Assembly: GCF_006345805.1 (NCBI RefSeq)
Contig: NC_043006.1
Span: 6,820,001-6,884,000, forward strand
Reading direction: 5' to 3'
Source: Octopus sinensis
Taxonomy: Eukaryota
DNA: 64,000 bases
Within the stretch, counting starts at the first letter, position 1. Each line of letters starts with the position of its first letter. The position numbers were made by a program, and so were the translations under genes. The notes below the pieces were generated by a model that saw nothing but the letters and a program-made list of their open reading frames with translations, had not been told where the DNA came from and searched no databases. Shown here in pieces: positions 12,045 to 24,599 of the stretch.

Positions 12045-14075
12045 GTCATCATCAAGGTCACACCCTGTTTACATGTGGGAAAACTTTCTTTAAATCTATC
12101 TGTACATCTTGAAAATGGCCAGCGTGTATATTTCACAGAAGACAATGTTCGAAATTAACCAGAAATCACTTTGACAGCTTTCCTCAAATTATGGCAATGT
12201 AATCTGTTTACCCAAACACTGTTGTATGTAGAAGTCTCCGCAAACATTAGATGGAACAGACGAAAGCAAGTCGCACGTGTTGAGGGCTGGCAAGGAGATG
12301 CTGTTTTCAGAAGTGGGGCCAATGTGCGGGTATACAATGTCCTAATCAGCATGAGTGCTTCTTTCTGCATCTACTGCTGCACACTGTCAGAATTCACAGG
12401 CTTTCGAATTACTGGAGGACGATGCTCACTGGGACCAGACACTGGAGGAGGCAGTAGTCAGACCAGTACTAAGTCAACTGCGCAACCCATTTTCTATCAT
12501 GTTGATTACATGTGGATTGCATGAACCTCTCAAGCTTTCGGTGACCCACAAAACCAGCATGGCAGAAGAAATCCTACACAGGTTTCACATGCAAACCTCA
12601 TCAGAAATTACCGAGTTAAATAACGCCATTTACAATGAGGCATTACTTGACCTACACAGTCGAGTGCAAAATATGGGAGGTGAAGGCCATTTCACATTTG
12701 GTCTACTTCAACCGGAGCAGGCTGTAAACAATCTCGGATTTGAGTACTTGCGTGATATCAACAGTCACATCGAGTAAATGACGGTGTATATAGCTGATAA
12801 ATAACAGACCGATTGAGGACCAACTGGGTTGTTATAACACCACTATTTCGAGCACTGAAAATGAAAGAGGAGGTCCTTTCTTTCTAGATGCTCCAGGTGG
12901 AACTGGCAAAACATTTGTCATCAACCTTCTGCACCAAATGAAAGACGTAGCCATAGCAGTGGCGTCAAGTGGAATAGCTAAAACTCTGCTAAGTGGTGAC
13001 CAAATTGTTCATTCCTGTTTCAAACTCCCATCAGTTGTGGTTGTATAAAAGGTAAACTTCTTGGTGAATGCAAGTTGATCATCTGGGATGAAGCAACAAT
13101 GAGCCATAAGGTTTCCTCTGAAGCTCTTGACATGGCCCTTCAAGATCTGAGACACAACACTACGCTCATGGGAGGTGTGACACACTTGCTTGCAGGAGTT
13201 TTAGACAAACCTTTCCCGTGGTTCCAAAGGGGACAAGAGCTGAGGAAGTAAATGCTAGCATAAAGTAGTCCTACCTATGGAGCAATGTGCAAAAGTTAAG
13301 ACTCACAACCAGCATGAGAGTGCACCTCATTGGTTATGATGCAGCCAGAACCGTCTAAAAGCATCTTTTGGACGTCGGTAATGACACTTCGGTTGGCGAG
13401 AAGGATGGCAGGGCAAGCTTGCTTTTGGACATATGGTATCTTATTTAGAGGAGGTAATGAATAAGATGTTTCCTAACCTGCGGAATCAGTTTACAGACTG
13501 CAACTGGCTGAAAACCCGTGCCATTTTAGCTCCAAAGAATGTGGCAGTTTGCTCATTTGAACTTTAAGCTTCTGGAACTGTTGCCAGGTGAGCGTCACAT
13601 CTACAATTCCATTGACGCTGTACTCAACACATATGAAGCAGTGAATTATCCAGATGAAGTCTTGAATAGTCTACCACCACCTGGCCTCCGCACTTTACAA
13701 CTTACACTTCAAGATTGGTGCACCAGTTATGCCGCTCCGAAACCTCAATCCACCAAAGCTTTGCAATGACACACAACATATAATACAGAAGATGATTCCA
13801 AGTATTGGAGACAACAATTTTGACCGGCACATCAAGCAGTGAGCCTGTATTCATTCCTAGAATTGCACTTCTTCCCTCGGATATGCCTTTCCGTGCAAGC
13901 GTCTTCAATTCCCGTTGAAACTGAGCATCGCAATGAGCATTAACAAGGCCCAGGGTCAGTCCTTGAACGTGGTAGGTCTGAATCTTGCGGAACCAATTTC
14001 CTCCCATGTCCAACTTTATGTGGTATGCCCAAACCAAAGATGTTTATAAAGAACATCCGCAAACTTAATATGATT
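12045..14075 (+). mobile_element. Helitron RepHel pseudogene (Rep C-terminus plus PIF1-family helicase)
   Basis: VHLENGQRVYFTEDN, TLTAFLKL, LLEDDAHWDQTLEEA, Walker A FLDAPGGTGKTF (12881-12916), AVASSGIA, LIIWDEATMSHK, RAILAPKN, RLQFPLKLSIAMSINKAQGQSL..VGLNL. Multiple frameshifts and stops. Confidence 0.92.
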
Positions 14076-14487
14076 CAGGTATTTATTATTTAACTGTAAG
14101 TGTTGTAAATGTATTGATAATCTCCATGTTATTTTATTTTTAAATCTACATGCAAATTTATTTGAATGTCTACAGTAAAACTAAATGTCAGTCTGTTTCT
14201 ATATTCATTGTAAATCTATTTCAACACTAGCGCCCCTGAGGATAATATTCTCTGGGAACGCATTAAAGCCTCTTTCGGGGCTACATTATTTGATTTCTTA
14301 CTATCGGGTAACTAATTTCATGTTTATTCATAACTTAATGGGAATTCCCAAAAACAAGATCGTATGTAAGACAGTTCGGTATTTCCTGTAAATGCACAAA
14401 AGCCGTTTTAAGGGCTACATATTTTTATTGTTGTTATTGGATTAGCGAAACAATTATGAGAACGATACCAAGGGATAAACCCCACTT

Positions 14488-14517
14488 TTCCGGGAATTAC
14501 CGGGTACGTCAGCTAGT
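14488..14517 (+). other. Helitron 3' terminus (CCGG hairpin plus CTAG|T)
   Basis: ccgg-gaatta-ccgg hairpin at 14490-14503, then CTAG at 14513-14516 followed by T. This is the canonical Helitron end geometry, downstream of the RepHel relic. Confidence 0.6.
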
Positions 14518-14527
14518 ATATACAATT

Positions 14528-14571
<44 letters not shown>

Positions 14572-16366
14572 CTTCTTTTTTGTGCAGATGAAAGTCTCCG
14601 TTTACATCGTTTCTCCTCATTCCTAAGCCACCAAATATTACAAGAATTGCTCTTGTTCTCAACCATCACATTAGTGTTATTAACCTGAGGCCTGTATATT
14701 TTGATTACTTTTGAATACTTATCAGATAGCCCTTCATAACGATATCTTGGGTGCAGTTGGGTATTTGCCGGAATATACAACCTTTTCTATTCTGTTAGGA
14801 CTTTTTTTATCTATAATTTTATTTCGTTCCTGTTACTCATTTCTTACGCACGAGTATATTCCAAAAGAAATTGCACTATACAAAGTTTCACAGCTTTCTG
14901 TGACTAGAATATACCTAATATATTATTTTGGCATCGGTTTTCTAATCTATGAAATGTGATATAGGTATTATGTTGCTAAACTCTTTTGGTTATAATATAA
15001 ATTGAATGGTTGTCACATTTGGTTTGAAAGAAAATAACCGAAGCCATTATAAATAATTGATACAGCATAGATATCTTAGGTGAAAGTTAAAGTATGATAT
15101 TTTGTTTAATGTGCGTAGGTATTTAAAAACGTATTTTTTAAAGTTGTGTGTGAATGGAGGACGCGATGGAGAAAGAAGTTTTTAAAGACATGATGCCATG
15201 AAAGTCGTGTTAATTGAAGAGTTGTGTCAAACATATTTTAGGACATAGATCGTATCTTTCATTGAATAACAATTGCTTTGCGTTCGGTATAAGATATATT
15301 GATCTTTATAAGAGGATTTTCATAACTTCCGAGTGAAAACGAAGTGAGTTGAGGAGGTTAAGATTAAAAGTTCATTCAAGATTTTCTCTGATAGAGAGAA
15401 GTATTTCCAAAATGGTTTGTAGGACTATGCTCTGCAAACTCTCTCTATTAATAAGGCTGTGACAAAGCTTTATTGTGGTATGGGGTGGCGTATAAGCATG
15501 TGTATAACTTCAGGCATTTTTATTCTATACTCTGTTGAATTTAACATTTCAGAATGTCGCTAATCTATTAATGTTTGTCAGCGACATAATTAGAGTTTTA
15601 GTAATATCTAAAGGAAAATATAAATATTCTACGGGCGAGAAGACACAAATGGGCGTAGAATGGATAGGCACCGGATTAATACTCGAAATACACCAGATTC
15701 TAAAAATACAACGTACTAATCATGGGGAAAATATCAAGTGGAACATGTATAAGCGATAAGAATCGCCAAATCGAGCGCATATTAATACTAAAAACATTAT
15801 AAATGATTTGTTGCATTAATAATATCTTTTCATTTAATATGTGTGTGTGTGCGAGCGTGAGTGCACCCGAACATATATGCACATATGTATCAATAGTGAC
15901 AAGTTCACCTTTAGCGACAAAGATCTTGCTTCAATAATGTTTTTAACAAATTAAAACAGTTCAAAAAATATATATCCGTCATTAATCATTTATGTGTTGT
16001 GTAGTTCACAGATTTGGTTTCTTCACAAAATATAGCTTCTTCGCTCTGAAATGGTACAATTAATATACTATTAAATGTTCATGACATTTTCGAAATGTTT
16101 ATGAGGAAAGTAATATCAATTCCTGAAATTTTATACTGAACATCATTTGGTCTAAATTTCAACCGGTCTTATTTCTCGACATGATTATCTTTTATTATCT
16201 TTTACATTTCGCACCACATTGTCTTTATGTTATAGCTTTTAGTGTACAGTTGTTTTCTTAAAGGGATAGCTGTACGTGCTTTGGAATTTATAGAGATTTG
16301 CATAACCGCACACACGCACATATATCTATCATTCTATCTAGGTATAACTATATATGCATATACATA

Positions 16367-16400
<34 letters not shown>

Positions 16401-16404
<4 letters not shown>

Positions 16405-16612
16405 TAACCCAAGCAAGAAAGCACAAAAAACACAACAACGCGAGGACGTGGAACAAATATAGTATTATTGGACGCTCAGGAAAGAAGGAAAGAAGTATGG
16501 TTTAACGTTTCGAGCGGAGCTCTTCGTCGGAAACATAGGAGAAGGAAAAATCCAGAGAAGGGAAGACAGAGAAAAAAATGGCCAACGGTACATTCGAGGT
16601 CACATTTTGAAA
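16401..16612 (-). mobile_element. PLE pseudo-LTR (family 1) carrying an HHR
   Basis: Reverse-complement match to 21607-21819; abuts (TA)n. Confidence 0.8.
16500..16534 (-). ncRNA. Minimal type I hammerhead with CCGACGA core
   Basis: GTTT-CCGACGA-A-GAGC(TCC)GCTC-GAAA-CG-TT-AAAC. Stem III is the ACGT palindrome. Confidence 0.7.
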
Positions 16613-16680
16613 TATCTATATATCTATATAATAATATAGGTAGTTATAATGTTGGATAAGTGTATATATATATATATATA

Positions 16681-16724
<44 letters not shown>

Positions 16725-17212
16725 ATATATATATATTTATTTATTTACATATCATTTACATATTTAGCGCTTTCTACCATTATCGGAGTTATCAAAAATG
16801 GTTCACATTTAGATTTCTTGGCCTTTTCATTAAGAATTCTCCGGGATTTCCCAACCAAGGGAGAAGAACGAAGAATTTTTTTCAGGAATGGGAGGTAAAG
16901 AGGCGTGTAAGGTTAGAAAATTGTTTATAAAAAGGTCAAAAAAATCTAAGTTTGAACCATTTTATATACTTATATATATATATATATATGTAATTAATAT
17001 ATCAAAGGGTAATCTGAAACATTTGAAATTTCCATTACCAGTGGCCTACCGTGTAAAAATTTAGTCAAGAGACTATATATTATTCATATAAATACAGTGT
17101 ACATTTGAAAACATTAGATGCATCCATCAAAGAATCCTTGCAAATAGAGAGGACAGTTAAATTCCGAACCGCTATTAGGGATATGAAAAATTAAAACATT
17201 TACCATTTAACA

Positions 17213-17281
17213 CCTGGACCAATGGTTTCAGACATTTTTAGCAAATAAATTAATTTGTTAGGCGAAGTCTTCTTCAGCAGG
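17213..17281 (-). ncRNA. Type I hammerhead, canonical core, GUC site
   Basis: CCTG-CTGAAGA-AGAC(long loop)GTCT-GAAA-CCATTGG-TC-CAGG. Confidence 0.85.
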
Positions 17282-17306
17282 TACACATTAGATTAAACAC
17301 ACACAC

Positions 17307-17364
<58 letters not shown>

Positions 17365-17387
17365 ATATATATACAGGACTGCCTCAT

Positions 17388-17427
<40 letters not shown>

Positions 17428-17783
17428 ATGAGGCAATCCTGTATATGTCCCATTTTTAGACATTCTAATTTTATCAAATCTACCTCGCAAGCGCCCCTCC
17501 TTGACGGCAGTAAATAAAATGCCTGCTTTTCAAATCGAAAATTATCCAGAAAAATTATCAATAATTAATAACATCAAAGGGTAAACAGAAATATTTGAAA
17601 TTTCTATTACCAATGGCCTAGCGTGTAAAAATTTAGTCAAGAGACTATATATTATTCATATAAATACAGTGTACATTTGAACACATAAGAGGATGCCTCT
17701 TAGAGAGGACAGTTAATTTCCAAAACAATATTAGGGATACATTTTCGAAGGGAATGAAAAGTAAAAACCTTTACCATCTTACC

Positions 17784-17861
17784 CCTGGACCAATAGTTTA
17801 ATAGTTTCAGACATTTTTTAGCAAACAAAATTATTTGCTAGGAGAAGTCTTCTTCAGAGAT
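17784..17861 (-). ncRNA. Type I hammerhead, second copy with disrupted stem I and an 8-nt insertion in stem III
   Basis: ATCT-CTGAAGA-AGAC..TAGCAAA/TTTGCTA..GTCT-GAAA-CTATTAAACTATTGG-TC-CAGG. Confidence 0.6.
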
Positions 17862-17989
17862 GGTGGGGGAACAAACACAGAAACAAATACACACACATAA
17901 ATATATACATATATCTAATTCTTCTATCACTCTGCCTCTACCGCACTCTCTTCTCTCCCCACGTGACCGGTGTTTGACCAAGACTGACC

Positions 17990-18503
17990 TTTCTTTTTGG
18001 TTCGAATATATATATATATATACAGATAGATAGATAAATAAATAAATAGATAGATATATAGAGTCATAGAGAGATAGAGAGATATATTTACATATATATA
18101 CATACACACACACACATATATATATATTATATATATATATATATATATATGTACATACATATATATATATATATATGCATATATACATGTATGCAAACAT
18201 ATATATACACATACATAAATATATATTCATATATATATATATGTATGTAATGAAACTAATAGCAATAAAACTATTAAAAAAAACCTATTAACCTATATAC
18301 ATAGCGAAAGTAATAAAATTTTGAATGGAATATATCTACTAATGAGTAGCCAATGAGCCATGAGGTATGCAGAAAAAAACCCTGCATAAGTCTTTTTTTT
18401 TTCAAACCAAGATATATTTACTACTGATTAAGTTTCTCAAAAAATGCACTATTTATTGTGGGTTATTAAGTTCAATTTAGCGTAGGCTTACTTTGCATGT
18501 ATG

Positions 18504-18571
<68 letters not shown>

Positions 18572-18740
18572 ATATACACACATACATATATACATAGTTA
18601 TGTATGCATTTATGTGTGTGTGCATATCGTATACAAAATGTATATACTACATACGAAATATATATATGATTTATCTATATAATATATGTATATAAACCTA
18701 TATATCTACACACATATAAATATTAAATATACTCACATAC

Positions 18741-18777
<37 letters not shown>

Positions 18778-18780
18778 GTA
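17990..18780. repeat. (TA)n/(GATA)n/(CA)n microsatellite cluster
   Basis: Seen directly. Confidence 0.85.
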
Positions 18781-19836
18781 TATCAACAAACATATATTAA
18801 TAAAGCGACGCTATTTTATTCTCTAGACCGAATGTCTGGTTTCTTTATTGTATGATTCATCAGCCCTCAAGCTACATCACAGAGGAAGTTATACATATCA
18901 GAATAAATAATCGACATCTCTGCAGGAATAGGAAAGTAGCACGTGCAGTTCTGCGTAAATGATAGATTTTCTCCCTAGGACAAACAAATTCTATTTCTTT
19001 AAAAATTGATAACAAAATAAGATAAACTGGATCTAATCATAGTATCTTGTAACTCAAGTGTATATCAACAGTGAGTAAGTGTGCTATTCATGAGCTCGAA
19101 TATAAATTCACTTAATATAACTTTACGTAGAGGATGACTGTATTGTACTTACCATAACAGAAATTGCTAAACTATTGACGTCTCTTCCTAACTACTTTGA
19201 CAACCACCAAATACATAGCATGGAACTTTCTTGGGAGAATACAAAGACGTCTCTTCCACTCTCCAGTTTCGCGTTTTCTTTTTTCTTTTTTTTTACATGA
19301 CTTGGCATATCTAAGTAATTCGGAGACATTGGGAAAGAGAGAAAGAAAAGCTCTTCTGTGGTACTGGAATCCTTATATTTCTTATCGCTTCTGAATAGAT
19401 GAAAATTGAACTTTACCACATTATGATGTGAATTCATCATTTGAGCACAGAGAATGTCCAAATGATAAATGCTAAACATTTTGTCCGATTCTGTAACACC
19501 TCACCCACGCTTTTATTACCGTAATTGTGAGTAGAATATAAGACTCGGTATGCAGAAATAAATAATCAACATTTTTTTCTTCTGTGACTGTCATAATATC
19601 GGAAGATGTATTTTCTATTTACAGATACATTAACTTTTCAGCCTGATTCCAAGTTAAAAATATAAGTTATATATCTCCACAGGAGAATTTTCGATGTCAC
19701 GCATATAGGATTGAATTTTAGTTAGCAAGGTGATGAGCACAGAATTCTCTAAGTTTTCGGGGACAAAGTTCTGTGTTCATATATTACGTGCTCTATACAT
19801 ATTTATATATATTTATATCTACCTCTAGTTATATAC

Positions 19837-19904
<68 letters not shown>

Positions 19905-20339
19905 TATATATATGAATAAAAAATGGAGTTAATGCAGGTTTAAACAAGTATTTTTACTTTCTACATATGTTTCGAAAATTCCACTGATACTTATTCAAAT
20001 GAATAAAAGGTATAAACAATGCAATTTTCTCTTCGGGAAAGTGAAAAAACGAAACTTGTCAATACGACATTTTAGCAAAACATGATGGATTCGTATAGCG
20101 ATAGACAGAACGCTATTAATATTGTTTAAAAAAACGTCATATGATATAACGTCATAAGTAGCTAACAGAAAGAGTAGGGATATTAATAGTGAATGTTAAA
20201 TATAAAGGAAATTAAAGTCTAAACTATATATAATGATAGAGACTACTTATATGCACTAAAAGTATGTTTCTGCCAATGCTTACATCTGTATGCTCGTTCT
20301 ATAACCGTGTTTACTAGAGTATTTTTAGAAAAAATAATG

Positions 20340-20790
20340 AAAAATAGCTCAGAATTGCTTCCTGTAACTCTTATCTGTTGTTGATATTTGGCTTCCTCTT
20401 ATGTATGAGGATGGCCTCGGAGATTCTAAGATTGCCTCTGTTCCCGTGTGTTGCCCCGATGTGCAGTGAATTCCTGGGTCTGGCATTTCCGCAGAAGTTT
20501 CTTCACGGATGTGTGTATCTGCATGTGTTCCTTTATGCGTATATGCAGTTTTCTTGTTGTGCTTCCTATGTAGGGTGCGCCACATGTACCACAGATGTGC
20601 TCGTATACAGCATAGGTCCGCTGGCACATTTCAGGATCATTGATGGCGCAGTTCGAAAAGTGCAGACACTTCCGGAAATGCCAGATCCGGGTATTCATAG
20701 CGGAACAGGGACAATCGTAAAATCTCCGAGGACATCCTCATACATCAAAGGAAGCCAAATCTCAAACACAGAAAAGAGTTACCTTTCTGT
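20340..20790 (-). mobile_element. Penelope-like GIY-YIG endonuclease fragment with an inverted partial duplicate
   Basis: Minus frame gives VYEHICGTCGAPYIGSTTRKLHIRIKEH and NLRISEAILIHKRKPNIN. About 20660-20790 is a diverged inverted copy of about 20350-20500. Confidence 0.8.
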
Positions 20791-21089
20791 GTATGTCCAC
20801 TCCACACACGCTCACACACACGCACATCGGCAACATTCCTTAATTTCTTGAAAATTGCGTCAGAACCCCGATATCCCGAAATATTCAATGCAAGATAAGT
20901 CTACATTAATTCATATATTTGTTACCTTGCATTTATTTCGCATATACAATATATTCAACACAATGATTCATAGGACAGGTGTCAGGTAATGCAGAATAAG
21001 TGCTATAGACAGACCATAGTTAAGTTCCAGATTCAGTAATTTTGCTAATAAGGGGTTCAACGTCGGTTCTATGTCAGTGTGTGTATATA

Positions 21090-21380
21090 AGAATTTTTAG
21101 CGTAATAAGATAAAAAAACCAAGGCTGTATAGATATTAGAGCATTTATAGATAGGTCCTACAGCTGTTTCGAGGATATTTATTAATTATATCCCTTCCTC
21201 CACCTCACTCTCTATTTTGTATCACATCTAAACTAACTACGACTTAACCATCCTTTCACACCGTCTCCGATGAAGGGATATAATTAATAAATATCATAGA
21301 AACAGCTGTAAGACCTATCTATAAATACTCTAATATCTATATAGCCTTGGTTTTTTTTATCTTATTACGCAAAAAATTCT
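21090..21380. repeat. Fold-back palindrome of a PLE pseudo-LTR (arms about 107 bp)
   Basis: 21090-21197 is the reverse complement of 21272-21380. Confidence 0.88.
21263..21314 (+). ncRNA. Type I hammerhead with CCGATGA core
   Basis: GTCT-CCGATGA-A-GGGATAT(loop)ATATCAT-A-GAAA-CAGCTG-TA-AGAC. The inverted arm has the better-pairing ATATCCTC. Confidence 0.65.
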
Positions 21381-21524
21381 CCAGCCTGTTGTTTACAGCT
21401 ACAACCACACACACATACACACACACGCGCACACACACACACAAATGTCATCATTGCACACATACACACACACGCACACGCAGACCTCTGCGCACGCACA
21501 AATCCACACTTACACACACATTCC

Positions 21525-21818
21525 CCCTCCTACATTCGCTTGTCTTTGACCATTCTACTCTTCTGTCTTTGAAAACATCTTTCTTCACCCTTTCTCCTTC
21601 CGGTCTTTCAAAATGTGACCTCGTGTGTACCGTTGGCGAATTTTTCCCTCTGTCTTCCTTCTCTGGATCTTTCCTTCTCCTATGTTTCCGACGAAGAGCT
21701 CCGCTCGAAACGTTAAACCCTACTTCTTCCCTTCTTTCCTGAGCGTCCAATAATACTATATTTGTTCCACGTCCTCGCGTTGTTGTGTTTTTTTGTGTTT
21801 TCTTGTTTGGATTAACTT

Positions 21819-21819
<1 letters not shown>
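21525..21819 (+). mobile_element. PLE pseudo-LTR (family 1) carrying an HHR
   Basis: Homologous to 16401-16612 and 34130-34280; ends in (TA)n. Confidence 0.8.
21684..21718 (+). ncRNA. Minimal type I hammerhead with CCGACGA core
   Basis: GTTT-CCGACGA-A-GAGC(TCC)GCTC-GAAA-CG-TT-AAAC, identical to the 16500 copy. Confidence 0.7.
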
Positions 21820-21892
<73 letters not shown>

Positions 21893-21900
21893 ATATATAT

Positions 21901-22090
21901 AGGGAAATTTACGAAAAAAACAAAAGACGAAGACACGTGGTGTACAAAACAAACAGATTTATTAGTATAACGCTCAGGAATAGAAAAAGTATTTTACGTT
22001 TCGAGCGTACGCTCTTCTACAGAAAGGGACACAGAAAAAACAAGGAGAGAAAAAAATGTGTGTAGTGGCTAACGATCTATCATGGCGTCT
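21901..22090 (-). mobile_element. PLE pseudo-LTR (family 2) with HHR-like motif at 21992-22026
   Basis: Homologous to 24600-24745 and 31155-31352. Motif TTT-CTGTAGA-A-GAGC(GTAC)GCTC-GAAA-CG-TA-AAA. Confidence 0.75.
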
Positions 22091-22107
22091 GATATATATA
22101 TATATAT

Positions 22108-22444
22108 CGCATGGCTCAGTGGTTAGAGCGTCGAGCTTACGATCATGAGGTTGTGAGCTCGAATCCCGGACCGGGCTGCGTGTTGTGTTCTCGAGCAAGG
22201 CACTTTATTTCACGTTGCTCCAGTTCACTCAGCTGTAGAAATGAGTTGCGACGTCACTGGTGCCAAGCTGTATTGACCTTTGTCTTTCCCTTGGTTAACA
22301 CTGGTGGCGTGGAGAGAGGAGGCTGGTATGCATGGGCGACTGCTGGTCTTCCGTAAACAACCTTGCCCGGACTTGTGTCTAGGAGGGTAACTTTCTAGGT
22401 GCAATCCCATGGTCATTCATGACCGAAGGGGGTCTTTACCCTTT
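22108..22444 (+). mobile_element. tRNA-derived SINE type D, full length, in (TA)n
   Basis: A box TGGCTCAGTGG and B-box-like GAGCTCGAATCC. Same family as 52633-53270. Confidence 0.9.
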
Positions 22445-23265
22445 ATATATATATATATATACATACATACTATATATACACACACACACGCACACACACA
22501 CACATACACACACACACATACACACACACATACACACACTACACACACACACAGACACACACCCACACACACACATATATATATATATAGCGTAAATAAG
22601 GTATAAACAGAAAAGTATGTGTGTGTGTATATTTGTGTGCACCAATGTTTGTATGTGAACAAACAGCATATTTTTTTATCTGTAGCTAAAGTTTTCGCAC
22701 GTCTCATTCATTCTGTGGCAATACTCATTTAGATTTTGATATACATAATACACGATTTCAGAAAGCAACCGGAATAGTACGATATTCCAATTGTTCTTTT
22801 TTTTTCCTATTCTATTGCCGTCGATAACAATATTACATTACATTATACTCTTTCTGATGTCTAAATTAATTATTCATTTGGTGACTATCAGTATAACCAA
22901 ACATATCGATATCCTATGTTATCCATTCATGAATATTATAGGAGAGAACTTTATCACTTCAAGACTGGTGTGCGATTTACAACCGAACCTCATTTGAAAG
23001 AATGAGTCGTAAATAAGTTTGATATATTTGTTTAGAGATTATGTTAAACATAAATATTGTATCGATATCAAAGAACCATACGAGGAAGAAGGGAAATGTG
23101 TGACGAAATTTGCGTCCTGTTTTAGATAAATAGAAACATATTCACAGATATCAACATAACAATATATGCTGCAGTATCATTGTTAGAAGCTATGAATCGA
23201 ATTATGGACTACAAGGGGAGAAAAATTTTCTAGAAGTAACTGTATCATCGACATTCCGTTGAGGG

Positions 23266-23299
<34 letters not shown>

Positions 23300-23313
<14 letters not shown>

Positions 23314-24400
23314 TCTCCACTGCTTCTCGTTCACTGGTGACTTTTACTTGCAGGACACGGGAGAGGCCATAGGAACGAGAATGGGCCCCAAATATGCGAA
23401 CATGTTCGTTGGCTATGTTGAGTTCCAAATATTCTCAAGTTTCACTAGCCTCACTCCAAAACAGTACGTCCGTTATTTTGACCTCACTCTCCCTCGAACA
23501 TCTAGACTCCTTCTTATCTTTTGTCAAATATGTCCATCCTGCCGTCCACTTCTCTTGCACTATCTCTGACACTTCTGTCTCATTCCTTGACATTTCGGTC
23601 AGCATTCATCACTGTACTCTAACCACCTCCATCCACTACAAACACACAAACTTACACTCATACCTCAACTTCTCCGCCTCCCACCCTAAACACACCAAGC
23701 TCTCAATCTCCTGCAGTGACGACCATGATTTTGAGACACAGTCTCAACTCATGGCTCACCACTTCATCCTACGTGCATATATCCACTCACCACTATCCAC
23801 ATCGCCCTTGCCAAAGCACGTTCCGTGGACCATGCATCTGCTCTGTTACCCCTCACCAGCCCTGCCATCTCCCGTCTCCCGTTTCCTCTCACCTACCGCC
23901 CTACCATCCTATCTCTCCAGCGCACCATTCTCCGAGCCTTCCGGCGACTCCAGTCCGGCGCCCTCCATTTCACACATCTTCTCTAACTGACCCCTCCCCT
24001 TCTTCAAACGAGCCCACAACCTACGATACCTCTTGGTCATCACTTTTTCCCTAACCCAGCCTCCCAACCCGACTTGTTTCCCTGTTCCCGCCCACGCTGC
24101 CGCACTTGACCTTACCTTTCCATCACCACCCTCCTCATCGGCACCCATCATCGACCCTATCATATCACCGACTCCTTCACCTGCACTTCTCGCAGTGTAA
24201 TCTACTGCATCTCCTACTCTCTCTGCCCTTCTCTATACATCGGGCATTCGGGATGCCGCTTGGCTGAGCAGTTCGCGAAACTCCTCCAAGACATCCGTCT
24301 CGGTGATGACACCCCAGTCTCGCGACCTGAGCCTAACCCTTACTTTCCCCACTCTCGCCTTCCCCACATCCCAACACCACCACACCAAACACACACGACT
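23300..24400 (+). mobile_element. Penelope-like element RT plus GIY-YIG pseudogene (5'-truncated)
   Basis: FYLQDTGEAIGTRMGPKYANMF (GxxMG), YVRYFD, SFLDISV, HSYLNFSASHPKHTK, FPCSRPRCRT, ITDSFTCTSRSVIYCISYSLCPSLYIGHSG. Confidence 0.9.
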
Positions 24401-24599
24401 ACAACATACAGCACCACACCACACACCAACACGCAACATTAGCACTGACCACTTCCCAGCACCCCCACCATTATCCACACACCAAAATCACCAGCCCTCT
24501 TCCACACGCGCGTACATGCTCTCTTATGCACACGCACACGTACCTTTGTTTTGGGATCACCACTATATTATTATCTCCCTTTCTTCCGAGCTCTCCTGT

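Larger units (their letters stand above)
16985..17865 (-). mobile_element. Two direct-repeat PLE pseudo-LTR copies (about 16985-17285 and 17565-17865), each with an HHR
   Basis: About 300 bp units share atcaaagggtaa..gtgtaaaaatttagtcaagagactatatattattcatataaatacagtgtacatttg..cctggaccaat..gaagtcttcttcag. Confidence 0.85.

Noticed and set aside
14230-14285. Hammerhead-like CCC-CTGAGGA-TAAT..ATTA..GGG
   Set aside because: There is no GAAA and no stem III; it lies in Helitron 3' sequence.
18820-18875. CTGATGA..GAAA on the minus strand
   Set aside because: Stem II and stem I do not pair.
19150-19270. Minus-strand donor G|GTAAGT with an upstream purine-rich segment
   Set aside because: All three frames contain stops shortly before the donor.
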